From Trueperaceae bacterium (lineage in GTDB: Bacteria; Deinococcota; Deinococci; Deinococcales; Trueperaceae), in assembly GCA_965213705.1 (NCBI GenBank), contig OZ243913.1, positions 256,001 to 320,000 on the forward strand: 64,000 nucleotides of DNA, given 5' to 3'. The notes under the pieces were generated by a model. That model worked only from the letters and a program-made list of their open reading frames with translations. It had not been told where the DNA came from and did no database searches. Made by a program: the position numbers and the translations under genes. This document shows positions 8,435 through 18,780 of the stretch, one piece after another; position 1 is the first letter of the stretch, and every line of letters starts with the position of its first letter.

Positions 8435-8952
8435 GGCTTTTCTGAGGGTGGCCGCTCTCCGCGGACTGTGCGGTAAGCGGCCCCGGAGGGCGCTGAGGAA
8501 AACTGAGTTGCTCGTGGTGGTTGCGATGGCGAGTGCGAAAGGTGTGGATGCAAAAGCGGCGGTCTCTACACGCGCTTTCGGTAGATGAGTCTTCCCTTGT
8601 GGGTTGCGTTACGGTTGGGCCGGGAGGGATAAAGGTAGCCTGAACCTACATTTGCTGCTGGGAACTACAAAGAAAGGGGGAAAGCAAGTGTGTTCGTCAG
8701 GTTGTGACTCGAGAATTGTCGTTCGATTCGAAGTTTTGTAAACCAAACTCATTAGTAATCTCATACGGTCAACCGTTCGCAAACGTTCTTCAACCGCCGA
8801 CGGGAACTTCGAGAATGTGTCGTGTTCCGTGGTGGTATCCGGGGTAACAAGTGTGCTGAGGTACAGCCGCACTCTTTGAAACCGCGTGACGCGGAGACTC
8901 TCAGGCAAACCAACCCATCGCTAATCTCAACCTCATTTAGGAGGCAAAACCT

Positions 8953-11316
8953 GTGCAACACTCCAACGTATACAAGCTGTTTCTGCTGAGCGTCCTAGCT
9001 TGGCTGTTCAGCGGGGCGCTGGCTCAAACCACAGCCCAGAACGCCACCCAAGACGGAGCTTTCGAGTCGGCGGGCGTCACGGCTATTTACGCGGACGCCG
9101 ACGGCAACCTAAACGAAATCGCCGACGGCGACCTGACGGCGGGCCGCTTTGTGTTTTACGCGTGGCTCGAGGACTTGGACGGCGGCTTCAGCCTCGCCAA
9201 CCCGGCGACCGCACCCAGCGACGACGAGAAAACCGAGTTCGCGCCCAGCCGCACCCAGAACTTAGTCGCCGCGTTTGTCGGCTACCGGGACGACGACGGC
9301 AACATCCTACCCGTCGCGGGCGCGCAGGTGCGCTGGGAAATCGACGAGCAGTGGGACGACGCCATCGGCAGCACCTTTTTCGGCGCGGCCGACGCGGTCG
9401 GCCAGGCGGGCGTGGCGGGGGGCTTGGGCATCACCGCAAACCAGGCCGTGACCCTCACCAACAACGCCAACCTCTTCAACCGCGCCCGCTTCCCGGTCGC
9501 TGAAGATTTTCCGCTTTACAACGCGACGGGTCTGACCTCGCCGGACGTGGGCGGCGTCACCTGGGTGACGCTGTTCTCGCCGGACAACCGGGCTAGGGCG
9601 CGCGTGCTGGCCGTCGCCAGCGTCAACGGCGTGGAAATCGGCAAAGAACTCGTCGTCAAAAACTTTGCGCCGCGGCCCGAGTTGCGAGTTGAAAAGTCCG
9701 TCACGCCCAAAAGCATCAACTTAGTAGGCGACGAGCAGGGCACCGTGACTTTCAACGTGACCGTGACCAACACCGGCTCCGGCGACGCGACCGGCGTGAC
9801 GCTTGACGACAGCCTCACCTCCGGCAACGCCGACGCTTACGCGCTTGTTGACCGTGAGGGCGACGGTTTCACCGAGACTTTCGACCTGCCCGCGGGTGAG
9901 TCGCGCGACTTCTCCTTTCAGGCCCAAGCCGGCGCGACCGACACCTACTGCAACACGGCCGCGGTGACCGAGTTTGCCGACGAGTTCGGGCAGACGCGCA
10001 ACCCCGACTTAACCGCGCAAGCGTGTTTTGAGGTTATCAGCCCCGAACTCAACATCATCAAGGACTTTGTGGACGCCAACGGCGAGAGCCTGGGCGACAG
10101 CGTCACGGTGGACGCCGGCCAAACGGCCATTTTGCGCGTCCGCGTGCTCAACCAGGGCGACGGCCCGGCCGAAAACCTGGTCGTTACCGACGACCTGACG
10201 AGCGGCGACGCCGCGAGCTACCGCCTGGTTCAACTGCCTGAAGGCGTGACGCCGACGGGCGAAGGCGACGACGCTTTCTCAGGCGACTTAGGCACCTTGG
10301 ACGCCCAGACCGCCGTCACCCTGACCTACACCGTCACGGCCGACGCGGACGGCGAATACTGCGACACCGCGTCTTACACCGTCGGCGGCGAGCCCGGCAA
10401 CCAGGACCAAGCCTGCCTCACCGTGGCGACGCCCGAACTCGCCATCCAAAAAGTCAACGACCAAGATACCGTGTTGCCCGGCAACACCTACACCTCGACC
10501 ATCACCGTGACCAACACCGGCAACGCCGTGGCTAGGGACGTGGTCGTGTCCGACGTTGTCGGCACCAACACCGCGGGCGACGCGACGCTCGTCTACGTGA
10601 GTTCCCAGGTAGAAAACGAAGCGGGCGTGTTCGACCAAGCCCAAGGCACCGTCAACGCCCCGGCCGCTATCGACCTGCAACCCGAACAGAGCGTGGTGCT
10701 CACCGTGACCACGCGCGTTCCCGAGCGCGTCGCCGCCGACCAGTTCTGCGACGTCGGCCGTTACACGAGCGCCAACGCGGGCGAGGGCGAAGTCCAGGTC
10801 TGCGTCGACGTTCCGGCGTTTGCCGCCCTGCAAACCAAGATGGTGGACGACCCCGACCCGGTCTTAGCGGGCGGCAACGTCCAGTACACCTCGACGATTT
10901 ACGTCGAAGACCGCTCGAACGAAGCCGTCACGAACAACCAAGTGACCTTTACCTTCGGCAGCCAAGAGGGCGGTCAAGCGGGCAGCTTCGAAATCACGGA
11001 CGCCCAGGTGTTCGTCGCCAGCAACCCGCAGCGCAACGCCGAGACCGGCCTGGTGGTCGCGACGCCGAGCAGCGGCCAAGCCCTGACCGCGGACCAGTTC
11101 AGCGTCAGCGGTGACACCGCCGGTCAGCAGACCATCACCTTAAACATCGACTTGGAGCCCAACACGGCCGTGTTCTTCGTCCACACCGTGACCGTGCCCG
11201 CGGGTACCGCCGCCGGCAGCTACGGCTCGAGCTACGACTGGAGCGCAACGGGCGCGGACAGCGGCACCCAGTACAACCCGCAAAACTCCGAACCCACGAC
11301 CGTCATCAGCCAGTAG
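8953..11316 (+). CDS. Secreted multi-DUF11 (Ig-like) Cys-paired surface protein
   Basis: SD AGGAGG, GTG start, signal peptide ALA-Q; repeated VTVTNTG..A..V...D modules. Confidence 0.8.
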   Translation: MQHSNVYKLFLLSVLAWLFSGALAQTTAQNATQDGAFESAGVTAIYADADGNLNEIADGDLTAGRFVFYAWLEDLDGGFSLANPATAPSDDEKTEFAPSRTQNLVAAFVGYRDDDGNILPVAGAQVRWEIDEQWDDAIGSTFFGAADAVGQAGVAGGLGITANQAVTLTNNANLFNRARFPVAEDFPLYNATGLTSPDVGGVTWVTLFSPDNRARARVLAVASVNGVEIGKELVVKNFAPRPELRVEKSVTPKSINLVGDEQGTVTFNVTVTNTGSGDATGVTLDDSLTSGNADAYALVDREGDGFTETFDLPAGESRDFSFQAQAGATDTYCNTAAVTEFADEFGQTRNPDLTAQACFEVISPELNIIKDFVDANGESLGDSVTVDAGQTAILRVRVLNQGDGPAENLVVTDDLTSGDAASYRLVQLPEGVTPTGEGDDAFSGDLGTLDAQTAVTLTYTVTADADGEYCDTASYTVGGEPGNQDQACLTVATPELAIQKVNDQDTVLPGNTYTSTITVTNTGNAVARDVVVSDVVGTNTAGDATLVYVSSQVENEAGVFDQAQGTVNAPAAIDLQPEQSVVLTVTTRVPERVAADQFCDVGRYTSANAGEGEVQVCVDVPAFAALQTKMVDDPDPVLAGGNVQYTSTIYVEDRSNEAVTNNQVTFTFGSQEGGQAGSFEITDAQVFVASNPQRNAETGLVVATPSSGQALTADQFSVSGDTAGQQTITLNIDLEPNTAVFFVHTVTVPAGTAAGSYGSSYDWSATGADSGTQYNPQNSEPTTVISQ

Positions 11317-11329
11317 TTTCGTCTCGAGA

Positions 11330-11366
11330 CCTAAAAAGCCCCGCACACTGTGCGGGGCTTTTTAGG
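11330..11366. terminator. Intrinsic terminator (perfect hairpin)
   Basis: CCTAAAAAGCCCCGCAC-ACT-GTGCGGGGCTTTTTAGG. Confidence 0.9.
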
Positions 11367-11400
11367 TGGGTGTTGCCAAGCATAGGGTAAGCTCTTCAGC

Positions 11401-12132
11401 ATGGCTTCCTTACCTGACAACGTGGTCGTTTTGAAAGACGCCGAGGCCCTGGCTAGAGAAGCCGCGCGGCGGTTTGTGGCGCTGGCTGAAGCGGCTATCC
11501 AAGCCAGGGGCCGCTTCACCGTCGCGCTTTCGGGTGGCAGTACGCCGCGGCGGATGTACGAACTCTTGGCCGAAAAACCCTACAAAGACGAGGTGAACTG
11601 GTCCGAGGTTTATGTTTTTTTTGGCGACGAGCGCATGGTCGCGCCCGACACGCCCGAGAGCAACTATTTTCTAGCGGTCGACAAGCTGTTGGCGCACGTG
11701 CCCGTCCCCGACGAGAACGTCTTCCCCTACGTCACCCTGGGCGTGAGCGCCGAGGACGCGGCCGAGCTGTACGCGCAGGAACTGACGGCGTTTTTCGGTA
11801 GCCCGCCCGTCTTCGACCTCGTTTTTTTGGGCATGGGCGAGGACGGCCACACCGCTTCGCTGTTTCCGGGTCATGACGAGGTGACGAATCCGTCCGGCAA
11901 ACTCGTCGCGGCGGTTCACGACGCGCCCAAACCGCCGCCGACGCGCCTCACCCTGACTTACCAAACCATCGACGCGGCGAAAAACGTCCTCTTTCTGGTC
12001 GGGGGCAAGGGCAAAGCGGAGGTTCTGAAGCGCATTAAAAACAAAGAAACTCTGCCCGCGAGCCAGGTTCAACCGACGGACGGACAGCTTTTGTGGCTCT
12101 TGGACGAGGCGGCGGCGCGGGGGCTCGAGTAA
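11401..12132 (+). CDS. pgl: 6-phosphogluconolactonase
   Basis: ALSGGSTP, FGDERMV, LGMGEDGHTASLFP. Confidence 0.95.
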   Translation: MASLPDNVVVLKDAEALAREAARRFVALAEAAIQARGRFTVALSGGSTPRRMYELLAEKPYKDEVNWSEVYVFFGDERMVAPDTPESNYFLAVDKLLAHVPVPDENVFPYVTLGVSAEDAAELYAQELTAFFGSPPVFDLVFLGMGEDGHTASLFPGHDEVTNPSGKLVAAVHDAPKPPPTRLTLTYQTIDAAKNVLFLVGGKGKAEVLKRIKNKETLPASQVQPTDGQLLWLLDEAAARGLE

Positions 12133-12288
12133 CCCTCACCAAGAGGTATAACCGTCGTCAACCGCCAGGTTCGCCCCCGTCGCGAACCTGGCGGTGTCCG
12201 GGGCCGAGTAGAGAACCGCGCGCCACGTCGTGCCGACGACTGAAAGATGACCCACTCCGACCTTAGGGTGGGGCAGGAGTTGATAAGT

Positions 12289-13221
12289 ATGACGAACAAA
12301 CAACCTTTTTCGCGTCGTTCTTTGCTCAAAGGTTTAGGGGTCAGTGCGCTCGGGGCCGGCATCGGCGTGAGCGTGCCGGGCATGGCGCGCGCGCAGGCGG
12401 CAGCGTCGGCGTCCGAGCTGCCCCTGGCCTTGGAACGCTTAAAGCTGGGCGACATGGGCGTCACCCTGTTCAAAGAAGCGAGCCTGCAACTGCAACCCGC
12501 CATGTTCGGCGGCGGCGCGCCGGAAGGTGCGGTGAGCGAACTGCTGGGCGAGTACAACCTGCCTACCGACGTCGTCAACGCGAGCGCCAACCTGGTGTTG
12601 CTCGACATGGCGGGCGACCTCACGCTGGTGGACACGGGCACGGGCAGCAACCTGCTCGGCACGCTCGAGGCATTGGGCGTCGCGCCGGGGGACGTCAAAA
12701 ACGTCGTCCTGACCCACTGGCACGGCGACCACGTGGGCGGGGTATCGGTGGACGGCGCGCTGCAAATGCCGAACGCAACGCACTACTTTCCGCAACTCGA
12801 CTGGGACTTTTTGCAGTCCGCCGACAACGAGAACGCCCAAGGCTCGCTCGCCAAAGTGCAACCCGCCCAAGACGCGGGCGTGCTCGAGCTGTACGACGAC
12901 GAGGAGCTGTTCGCCGGCGTCCAGGCCATCGCCGCACCCGGCCACACGCCCGGCCACCACGTCGTGATGCTCGGCGGCGACACCCCGGTGATGCACATGG
13001 CGGACACGGCCAACCACTTTCTGGTCGCGCTGATGCACCCGGAATGGTCGTTCGCCTTCGACGCCGACCCCGCGCAAGCGACGGCGACGCGCGTAGAGAT
13101 GTACGGCCGCGCCGCCGACGAGGGTTTGAACATCTTGGCCTACCACTTTCCCTTTCCCGGCACCGGCGTCGTGGTGCGCGAGGGCGAGGGGTTTCGCTTT
13201 TTGCCTTCGCTGCCCAGTTAG
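12289..13221 (+). CDS. Tat-exported MBL-fold metallo-hydrolase
   Basis: SRRSLLK twin-Arg signal; THWHGDHVGG, APGHTPGH. Confidence 0.9.
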   Translation: MTNKQPFSRRSLLKGLGVSALGAGIGVSVPGMARAQAAASASELPLALERLKLGDMGVTLFKEASLQLQPAMFGGGAPEGAVSELLGEYNLPTDVVNASANLVLLDMAGDLTLVDTGTGSNLLGTLEALGVAPGDVKNVVLTHWHGDHVGGVSVDGALQMPNATHYFPQLDWDFLQSADNENAQGSLAKVQPAQDAGVLELYDDEELFAGVQAIAAPGHTPGHHVVMLGGDTPVMHMADTANHFLVALMHPEWSFAFDADPAQATATRVEMYGRAADEGLNILAYHFPFPGTGVVVREGEGFRFLPSLPS

Positions 13222-13242
13222 GTTTTATAAAAGAGTGACGAC

Positions 13243-13280
13243 GAGGGGCTCGAGTTTCGCGACTCGAGCCCTCCTTTTTC
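13243..13280 (+). terminator. Intrinsic terminator
   Basis: GAGGGGCTCGAGT-TTCGCG-ACTCGAGCCCTC then CTTTTT. Confidence 0.8.
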
Positions 13281-13477
13281 CGACGCCGAAAACCGAACTT
13301 CGCAGTCTCACGTTCAAGTCGAAAGCGCACTGACGGTCAAGGGTTCATACGGATTCCGATACTACAGCTCTCCTTGGAAGAGTTGTTCGCTTCCTTAGCG
13401 CTAGTTCATATCTTTTTTTCTCGCTTTGCTCGCATTTGATTCTGAGGGAATGAAACGGAAAGGGTATAAGATAGACC

Positions 13478-15268
13478 ATGAACCGCTTTTCCGTTCCTCC
13501 ACTTTATGAAATGACCCGCGACCTCGCCGGGGTCGCCGCGGGTCGGCGTGCGCCCGACGCGGTCGTCACCGGCGCGCGCGTGCTGTCCGTTTACACCGAG
13601 CGCGTCCTGCAGGACAAAGAGGTTTGGATTTACAAAGGGCGCATCGCCGCCGTAAAACCGGCAGGCAGTTACCGGGGCTCGGAGGCGCGCGTTTATGACG
13701 CTGGGGGCGGAATACTCGCGCCCGGCCTCGTCGACCCGCACGTCCACATCGAGTCGAGCATGATGACGGCCTGCGCCTACGCCGAAGCCGCGCTGCTCAA
13801 CGGCACCACCACGATTTTTTGCGACTCGCACGAAATCGGCAACGTGTGCGACGTTGCGGGCATAGAGTGGATGCTCCAGGACGCCCGCGCCTCACCCCTC
13901 AACATCTTTTTAACCGTGCCGAGTACGGTTCCCGCGACCTCTCCTGAGTTTGAAACGGCGGGCGGCGACCTGACGCCCGCGAAAATTGGGGCCCTGTTCG
14001 ACGCTTGGCCCGAGGCCGTGGCGTTGGGCGAAAAGATGGACTTTGTTCAGGTCGCTCAGGGCGACGAACGCTCACACGCGATTTTGGCCGAAGCCTTAAA
14101 GCGCGGGCTGCCGGTGTGCGGCCACGTTTACGGGCGCGAGTTCGTCGCGGCCTTCGCGGCGAGCGGCGTGACCGACACGCACGAGGCCATTGACCGCGAC
14201 ATTGCCGACGACCTGTTGGAAGCCGGACTCTACATCTTCCTGCGCGGCGGCCCGCCGAGTACGCCCTGGCACAGCCTGCCCGAGGCCATCAAGGCCGTGA
14301 CCGACTTCGGCGCGTCGCCGAAGCGCGTCTGCCTCTGCACCGACGACCGCGACGCCGACGACCTGTTCTTGTTCGGGCTGGACTGGGTCGCGCGCGAGGC
14401 GGTAGCTGCGGGCGTGAGCGAGGTGCAAGCCTGGAGCATGGGTTCCTTGCACGGCGCGACACGCTACGGGCTGGACAGCGAGTTGGGCGGTCTGGGCCAC
14501 GCGCGCCGCGCCGACATGGTGCTCTTAAACGACGCGTTGGAGGTGCAAAACACCTGGTACGGCGGCGAGCTGGTCGTCGAGGACAAGAAAATAACCCCGG
14601 TTTTAGAAGAGCAGCTCGAGGCGAAACGTTACCGCTACCCAGAAGCCGCCTACCGAACCGTGAACATGGCCGAAACCTTGCAACTCACGCCGGACTTGCC
14701 CCTCACACCCTGCACTGCCAACGTCATCCGTACCGAGCTACCCGGCATCGTGTTGGTGCACAAGCGGGTGGGGCTCGAGGTCGCGGAAAGCTGGCAAGAC
14801 CACTTCGAGGCGCACAGTCTCTGCTTCGTGACAGTTGTGGAGCGGCACGGCCACTCGGGCGCGGTGGCGCACGGGCTGCTGCAAAACTTTGGGCTCAAAA
14901 CGGGCGCGGTGGCGAGCAGCGTCGGGCACGACGCGCACAACCTCATCGTGGCGGGCGTTGCCGAGGCGGACATGAGACTTGCCGTCGAAACTTTGCGGGC
15001 GTGTAGCGGCGGCGTGGTCGTGGTCGAAGACGGCGCGGTCAAAGCGCTCGTCGAATTGCCCGTCGCCGGGCTGCTGTCCGACAAACGCGCCCCGCAAGTC
15101 GCCGCCGAGACCGAAGCGCTCAAAGCGGCCTGGGCGCGGCTCGGCTGCACGCTGCCCTACATGGGCTTCAACCTCATCCCGCTGTCGGTCATCCCCGAAA
15201 TCCGCATCACCGACCGGGGCCTCGTGACGGTGCCGGGGATGGCGAAGTTGGCGCTGCTCGAGCGCTGA
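13478..15268 (+). CDS. ade: Adenine deaminase
   Basis: [32 protein letters not shown]. Confidence 0.9.
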   Translation: MNRFSVPPLYEMTRDLAGVAAGRRAPDAVVTGARVLSVYTERVLQDKEVWIYKGRIAAVKPAGSYRGSEARVYDAGGGILAPGLVDPHVHIESSMMTACAYAEAALLNGTTTIFCDSHEIGNVCDVAGIEWMLQDARASPLNIFLTVPSTVPATSPEFETAGGDLTPAKIGALFDAWPEAVALGEKMDFVQVAQGDERSHAILAEALKRGLPVCGHVYGREFVAAFAASGVTDTHEAIDRDIADDLLEAGLYIFLRGGPPSTPWHSLPEAIKAVTDFGASPKRVCLCTDDRDADDLFLFGLDWVAREAVAAGVSEVQAWSMGSLHGATRYGLDSELGGLGHARRADMVLLNDALEVQNTWYGGELVVEDKKITPVLEEQLEAKRYRYPEAAYRTVNMAETLQLTPDLPLTPCTANVIRTELPGIVLVHKRVGLEVAESWQDHFEAHSLCFVTVVERHGHSGAVAHGLLQNFGLKTGAVASSVGHDAHNLIVAGVAEADMRLAVETLRACSGGVVVVEDGAVKALVELPVAGLLSDKRAPQVAAETEALKAAWARLGCTLPYMGFNLIPLSVIPEIRITDRGLVTVPGMAKLALLER

Positions 15269-15366
15269 AGTCGGCCCGCCCTCACGGCACTCACGTTTGT
15301 GAAGCGGCCGGCGACGTGATATTTATTTCCTGTGCCCACGCGCTCCCTGCGGTATAGTTCGCGCTT

Positions 15367-16944
15367 ATGAAGCAGAGGATTCTGGTAACCGACACGATTC
15401 AACTCGGCGACGCGTCCTACGACGACGTGACCGTGGACTACCGCGAAGGCGTAAGTCGCGACGAGGTGCTGAACCTGGTCAAAGACTACGACGCCCTCAT
15501 CACCCGCAGCCGTACTCAAGTAGACGCGGCCCTCGTGGCAGCCGCGACCAACCTCAAGGTCATCGGGCGGGGCGGCGTCGGGGTGGACAACATCGACCTG
15601 GAGGCGGCGAGCCGCCGCGGGATTTTGGTCCTCAACGCGCCTGAAGCCAACAACGTCTCGGCGGCCGAACTCGCCGTGGCGCTGCTGCTGAACGCGGCGC
15701 GGGGCGTCGCGCGCAGCGACAAGCTCGTCCGCCGCGGCGAGTGGGACCGCAAGTTTTTGGGGCGCGAGGTCAAGGGGGCGCGGCTGGGAATCGTGGGCCT
15801 GGGGCGCATCGGCTCGCTGGTGGCGCGGCGGGCGCAGGGTTTGGGCATGACCGTGGTGGCCTACGACCCTTACTTGTCCAAGGCTCGAGCCGCCGACCTC
15901 AAAGTCGAACTGTTCGATGACCTGCGCGCGATGCTGCGAACCGTCCAGTTTGTGACCGTCCACACGCCCCTCACCGACGAGACCTTCGGCATGATAGGCA
16001 CTGAAGAACTCGCCGCCCTGCCCGACGGGGCCGTGGTAGTGAACGCGGCGCGGGGCGGCATCGTTCAAGAAGAGGCGCTTTATGAGGCGCTGAAAAGCGG
16101 CAAGCTGTTCGCGGCCGGACTGGACGTGTTCGTGCTCGAGCCGCCGAGTTTGGACCACCCGCTCCTGACCCTCGACAACGTCGTCTTGACCGCGCACTTA
16201 GGCGCCAACACCGCCGAAGCGCAGGCGCGGGTCGGGGGTGAGATTTTGGAGCGCGTCGTGCTCGCGCTGCGCGGCGACTACTCGCGCGGCGCGGTCAACG
16301 CGCCCGCCCTGGCCCCCGAAGTCATGGCGGCGCTGGGAGCGTACCTCAAACTCGGCGAAGCCCTGGGCAAAATGGTCGCGCAACTCGCCAAGGGCCGGGT
16401 GCGCGAGGTGCAGGTCGAGTTCGGCGGCACCTTTCCCGCCGACCCCGACCCGGTGGCGGTGGCGGTGACAAAGGGCTTTTTGGAGCCTATTTTAGACGAG
16501 CCGCCCAACTACATCAACGCGCCCGCCATCGCCAAAGAACGCGACATCCGCGTGTCCAAGGTCGTCGCGCCGCGCGGCCGGGGCTACACCAACCACCTGT
16601 TAGTGAGCGCCGTGAGCGACACTGGCAAGGTCAGCGTCGGCGGCACGGTGTTGGGCGACTCGCCGCGCATTGTCAGCGTGGACGAGTTCCCCATCGAAAT
16701 CCGGCCCGAGGGCACGATGCTGATTTGCACCAACTACGACCGCCCCGGCGCGGTCGGCAAGGTCGGCACGGTGTTGGGCGACGCCGGGGTGAACATCTCC
16801 GGGATGCAGCTCTCGCGTTTGGGCGCGGACAACTTAGCGATGTTCGTCCTCACCCTCGACGAAGCGCCGCCCGAGAACGCCCTGGGCGTGCTCGCCAACC
16901 TGAGCGACGTCATCCACAGCCTGAGGGTGGTGCGGCTGTCATGA
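15367..16944 (+). CDS. serA: D-3-phosphoglycerate dehydrogenase
   Basis: GVGVDNID, GLGRIG, NAARGGIV, HLGANTAEAQ, C-terminal ACT domain. Confidence 0.95.
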   Translation: MKQRILVTDTIQLGDASYDDVTVDYREGVSRDEVLNLVKDYDALITRSRTQVDAALVAAATNLKVIGRGGVGVDNIDLEAASRRGILVLNAPEANNVSAAELAVALLLNAARGVARSDKLVRRGEWDRKFLGREVKGARLGIVGLGRIGSLVARRAQGLGMTVVAYDPYLSKARAADLKVELFDDLRAMLRTVQFVTVHTPLTDETFGMIGTEELAALPDGAVVVNAARGGIVQEEALYEALKSGKLFAAGLDVFVLEPPSLDHPLLTLDNVVLTAHLGANTAEAQARVGGEILERVVLALRGDYSRGAVNAPALAPEVMAALGAYLKLGEALGKMVAQLAKGRVREVQVEFGGTFPADPDPVAVAVTKGFLEPILDEPPNYINAPAIAKERDIRVSKVVAPRGRGYTNHLLVSAVSDTGKVSVGGTVLGDSPRIVSVDEFPIEIRPEGTMLICTNYDRPGAVGKVGTVLGDAGVNISGMQLSRLGADNLAMFVLTLDEAPPENALGVLANLSDVIHSLRVVRLS

Positions 16945-18119
16945 ACGAGGGTGCCGTGAGTAAGAGTGTCGTGAGCGAGACGTTCAAACCCCGGCTCTAC
17001 GCGCCCGGCCCGGTCGAGGTGCCGCCACAGGTTTTAGAGGCCGTCTCGCGCCCGGTGCTGCACCACCGCACCGAGGCGTTCAGGCGGTTGTTTTTGAAAG
17101 CTCGAGCCCAGCTTGCCGAGCTGGCTTGCGTCCCCGGCGACGACGTGCTGATTCTCGCGGGCAGCGGCACCGCCGCGTTCGAAGCAGGTTTACTGGCTTG
17201 TGTTCCGGCGGGTGCCAAGGTTTTGGGCGTCAACGCGGGCAAGTTCGGCGAGCGCTGGTTGAAGCTCGCGCAGCGTTACGGCTTGGAAACCGTCGAACTC
17301 AAACTGCCCTGGGGCCAAGTTGCCGACCCCGAAGACGTGCGCGCGCTGCTCAGCGAGCACACAGACGTCGCCGCCGTCATGACCACCCACTCCGAAACCT
17401 CGACCGGCGCGCTTCACGACGTGCAGGCCATTTCTAAAGTCGTTCATGAAACGGCCCCCGACGCCCTCGTCCTGGTCGACTGCGTCACGAGCCTCAGCGC
17501 GGCCGAGTTGCGACCCCGTGACTGGGGTCTGGACGGGGTGTTCTCGGGTTCGCAAAAAGGACTGATGCTGCCGCCCGGCCTCGCTTTCGCCTGGTTATCG
17601 GAACGCGCTTGGGGGCGTAGCGAAAACTTGCTGCCGAGCTTTTACCTCGACCTGCGCAAAGAGCGCAAAGCCCAGCAGGGGGGCCAAACCGCCTACACGC
17701 CCGCCGTGAACCTCGTGTTCGGCCTTGACGTCGCGCTGGACATGCTGCTCGCCGAGGGCGTCGAAAACGTGTGGGCGCGGCGGGAACGGCTGAACAACGC
17801 CGTGCTCGCGGGGGCTAATGCCCTCGGTTGCCGCCCTTACGCCGCGCGCCCGAGCCCCGCAGTGGCGGCGCTGGTCGCCCCGGACGGGACAAGCGCCCCC
17901 GCCATCGTCAAGGGTTTCGCTGCTCGAGGCGTTCGCGTCGCCGGCGGCCAGGACGACGCCAAACCGGTCATGTTCCGCCCTTCGCTCCTCGGTTACGCCG
18001 ATCGCTACGACGCGGTCACGCTCACTGCCGCGCTGGAAGACGTGCTGCGGGATTTGGGCCGAGACGTGCCTTACGGTCTCGGCGTGGCTGCGGCGCTCAG
18101 GGTCCTGAACGGGGTTTGA
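16941..18119 (+). CDS. Class V PLP aminotransferase (serine-pyruvate/alanine-glyoxylate type)
   Basis: PGPV, HSETSTG, GSQKGLMLPPG; ATGA overlap with serA. Confidence 0.9.
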   Translation: MNEGAVSKSVVSETFKPRLYAPGPVEVPPQVLEAVSRPVLHHRTEAFRRLFLKARAQLAELACVPGDDVLILAGSGTAAFEAGLLACVPAGAKVLGVNAGKFGERWLKLAQRYGLETVELKLPWGQVADPEDVRALLSEHTDVAAVMTTHSETSTGALHDVQAISKVVHETAPDALVLVDCVTSLSAAELRPRDWGLDGVFSGSQKGLMLPPGLAFAWLSERAWGRSENLLPSFYLDLRKERKAQQGGQTAYTPAVNLVFGLDVALDMLLAEGVENVWARRERLNNAVLAGANALGCRPYAARPSPAVAALVAPDGTSAPAIVKGFAARGVRVAGGQDDAKPVMFRPSLLGYADRYDAVTLTAALEDVLRDLGRDVPYGLGVAAALRVLNGV

Positions 18120-18234
18120 CAACGCTTCCGGTTTCAAAGTTAGTTACCACAACAAAGGCATATGCTTTGAGTTCGCCAGGCAGCCGTTACACTCGACTTG
18201 ACACCGAAGTGTATCTGGGTTGGGGGAAAACACT

Positions 18235-18528
18235 TTACAAAGGGTGGTCCCCAGTAGCATACCGGCCTCGCTCAACCACATAGCAGCTAACCTCGGTACC
18301 GTCGGGTTCGCACTCCCGCTTCTCGAACTTCATGCTTAGCTTGTCAGCTACCTTCATAGAGGGTGCATTTTCCTGGTGGATAATTGCGTAGATTTTAGCC
18401 AGCGTGGATTTCTTAAAACCGATGACAAAAACCAGGGTGTGGACACGTTTTTTGAAGGGCTCGAGAGAATCCGGTTTCACCGCCAACAGATAGCACAAAA
18501 CACCCACCCGGTACGTGATAAACCGCAT
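18235..18528 (-). pseudogene. Remnant of a RimJ/RimL-type GNAT acetyltransferase
   Basis: Only the C-terminal motif IYAIIHQENAPSMKVADKLSMKFE is recognisable. Confidence 0.5.
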
Positions 18529-18780
18529 TCACAGCGTCGGCCAATCCAGAAGGCGGCCGGCGAAAGCTCGTCACGAATCCCCCGTTTTCGGCTTGCTACA
18601 GGGCGGGGCTGTTGGCGTGTTGTGGGCTCGGGGCCTTACGCCACAACCTAAGACTCGAGCCCGCGCCCTGCCGGACATACGTCACACGTCCGGCCCGCCC
18701 AAAAGCTTTTATACTCGGGGTGTGAAACTTCAGCTCGAGCCCCTCCGGTCTGGCACAACGGTTCTGCAGGGCCGTACAGC

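Noticed and set aside
8893..8915. Glycine riboswitch (CTCTCAGGCAAA)
   Set aside because: Upstream GGAGA/CCGAAG elements are not properly placed and the gene context does not fit
13290..13477. Purine riboswitch before ade
   Set aside because: Consensus core not found; the gene looks leaderless
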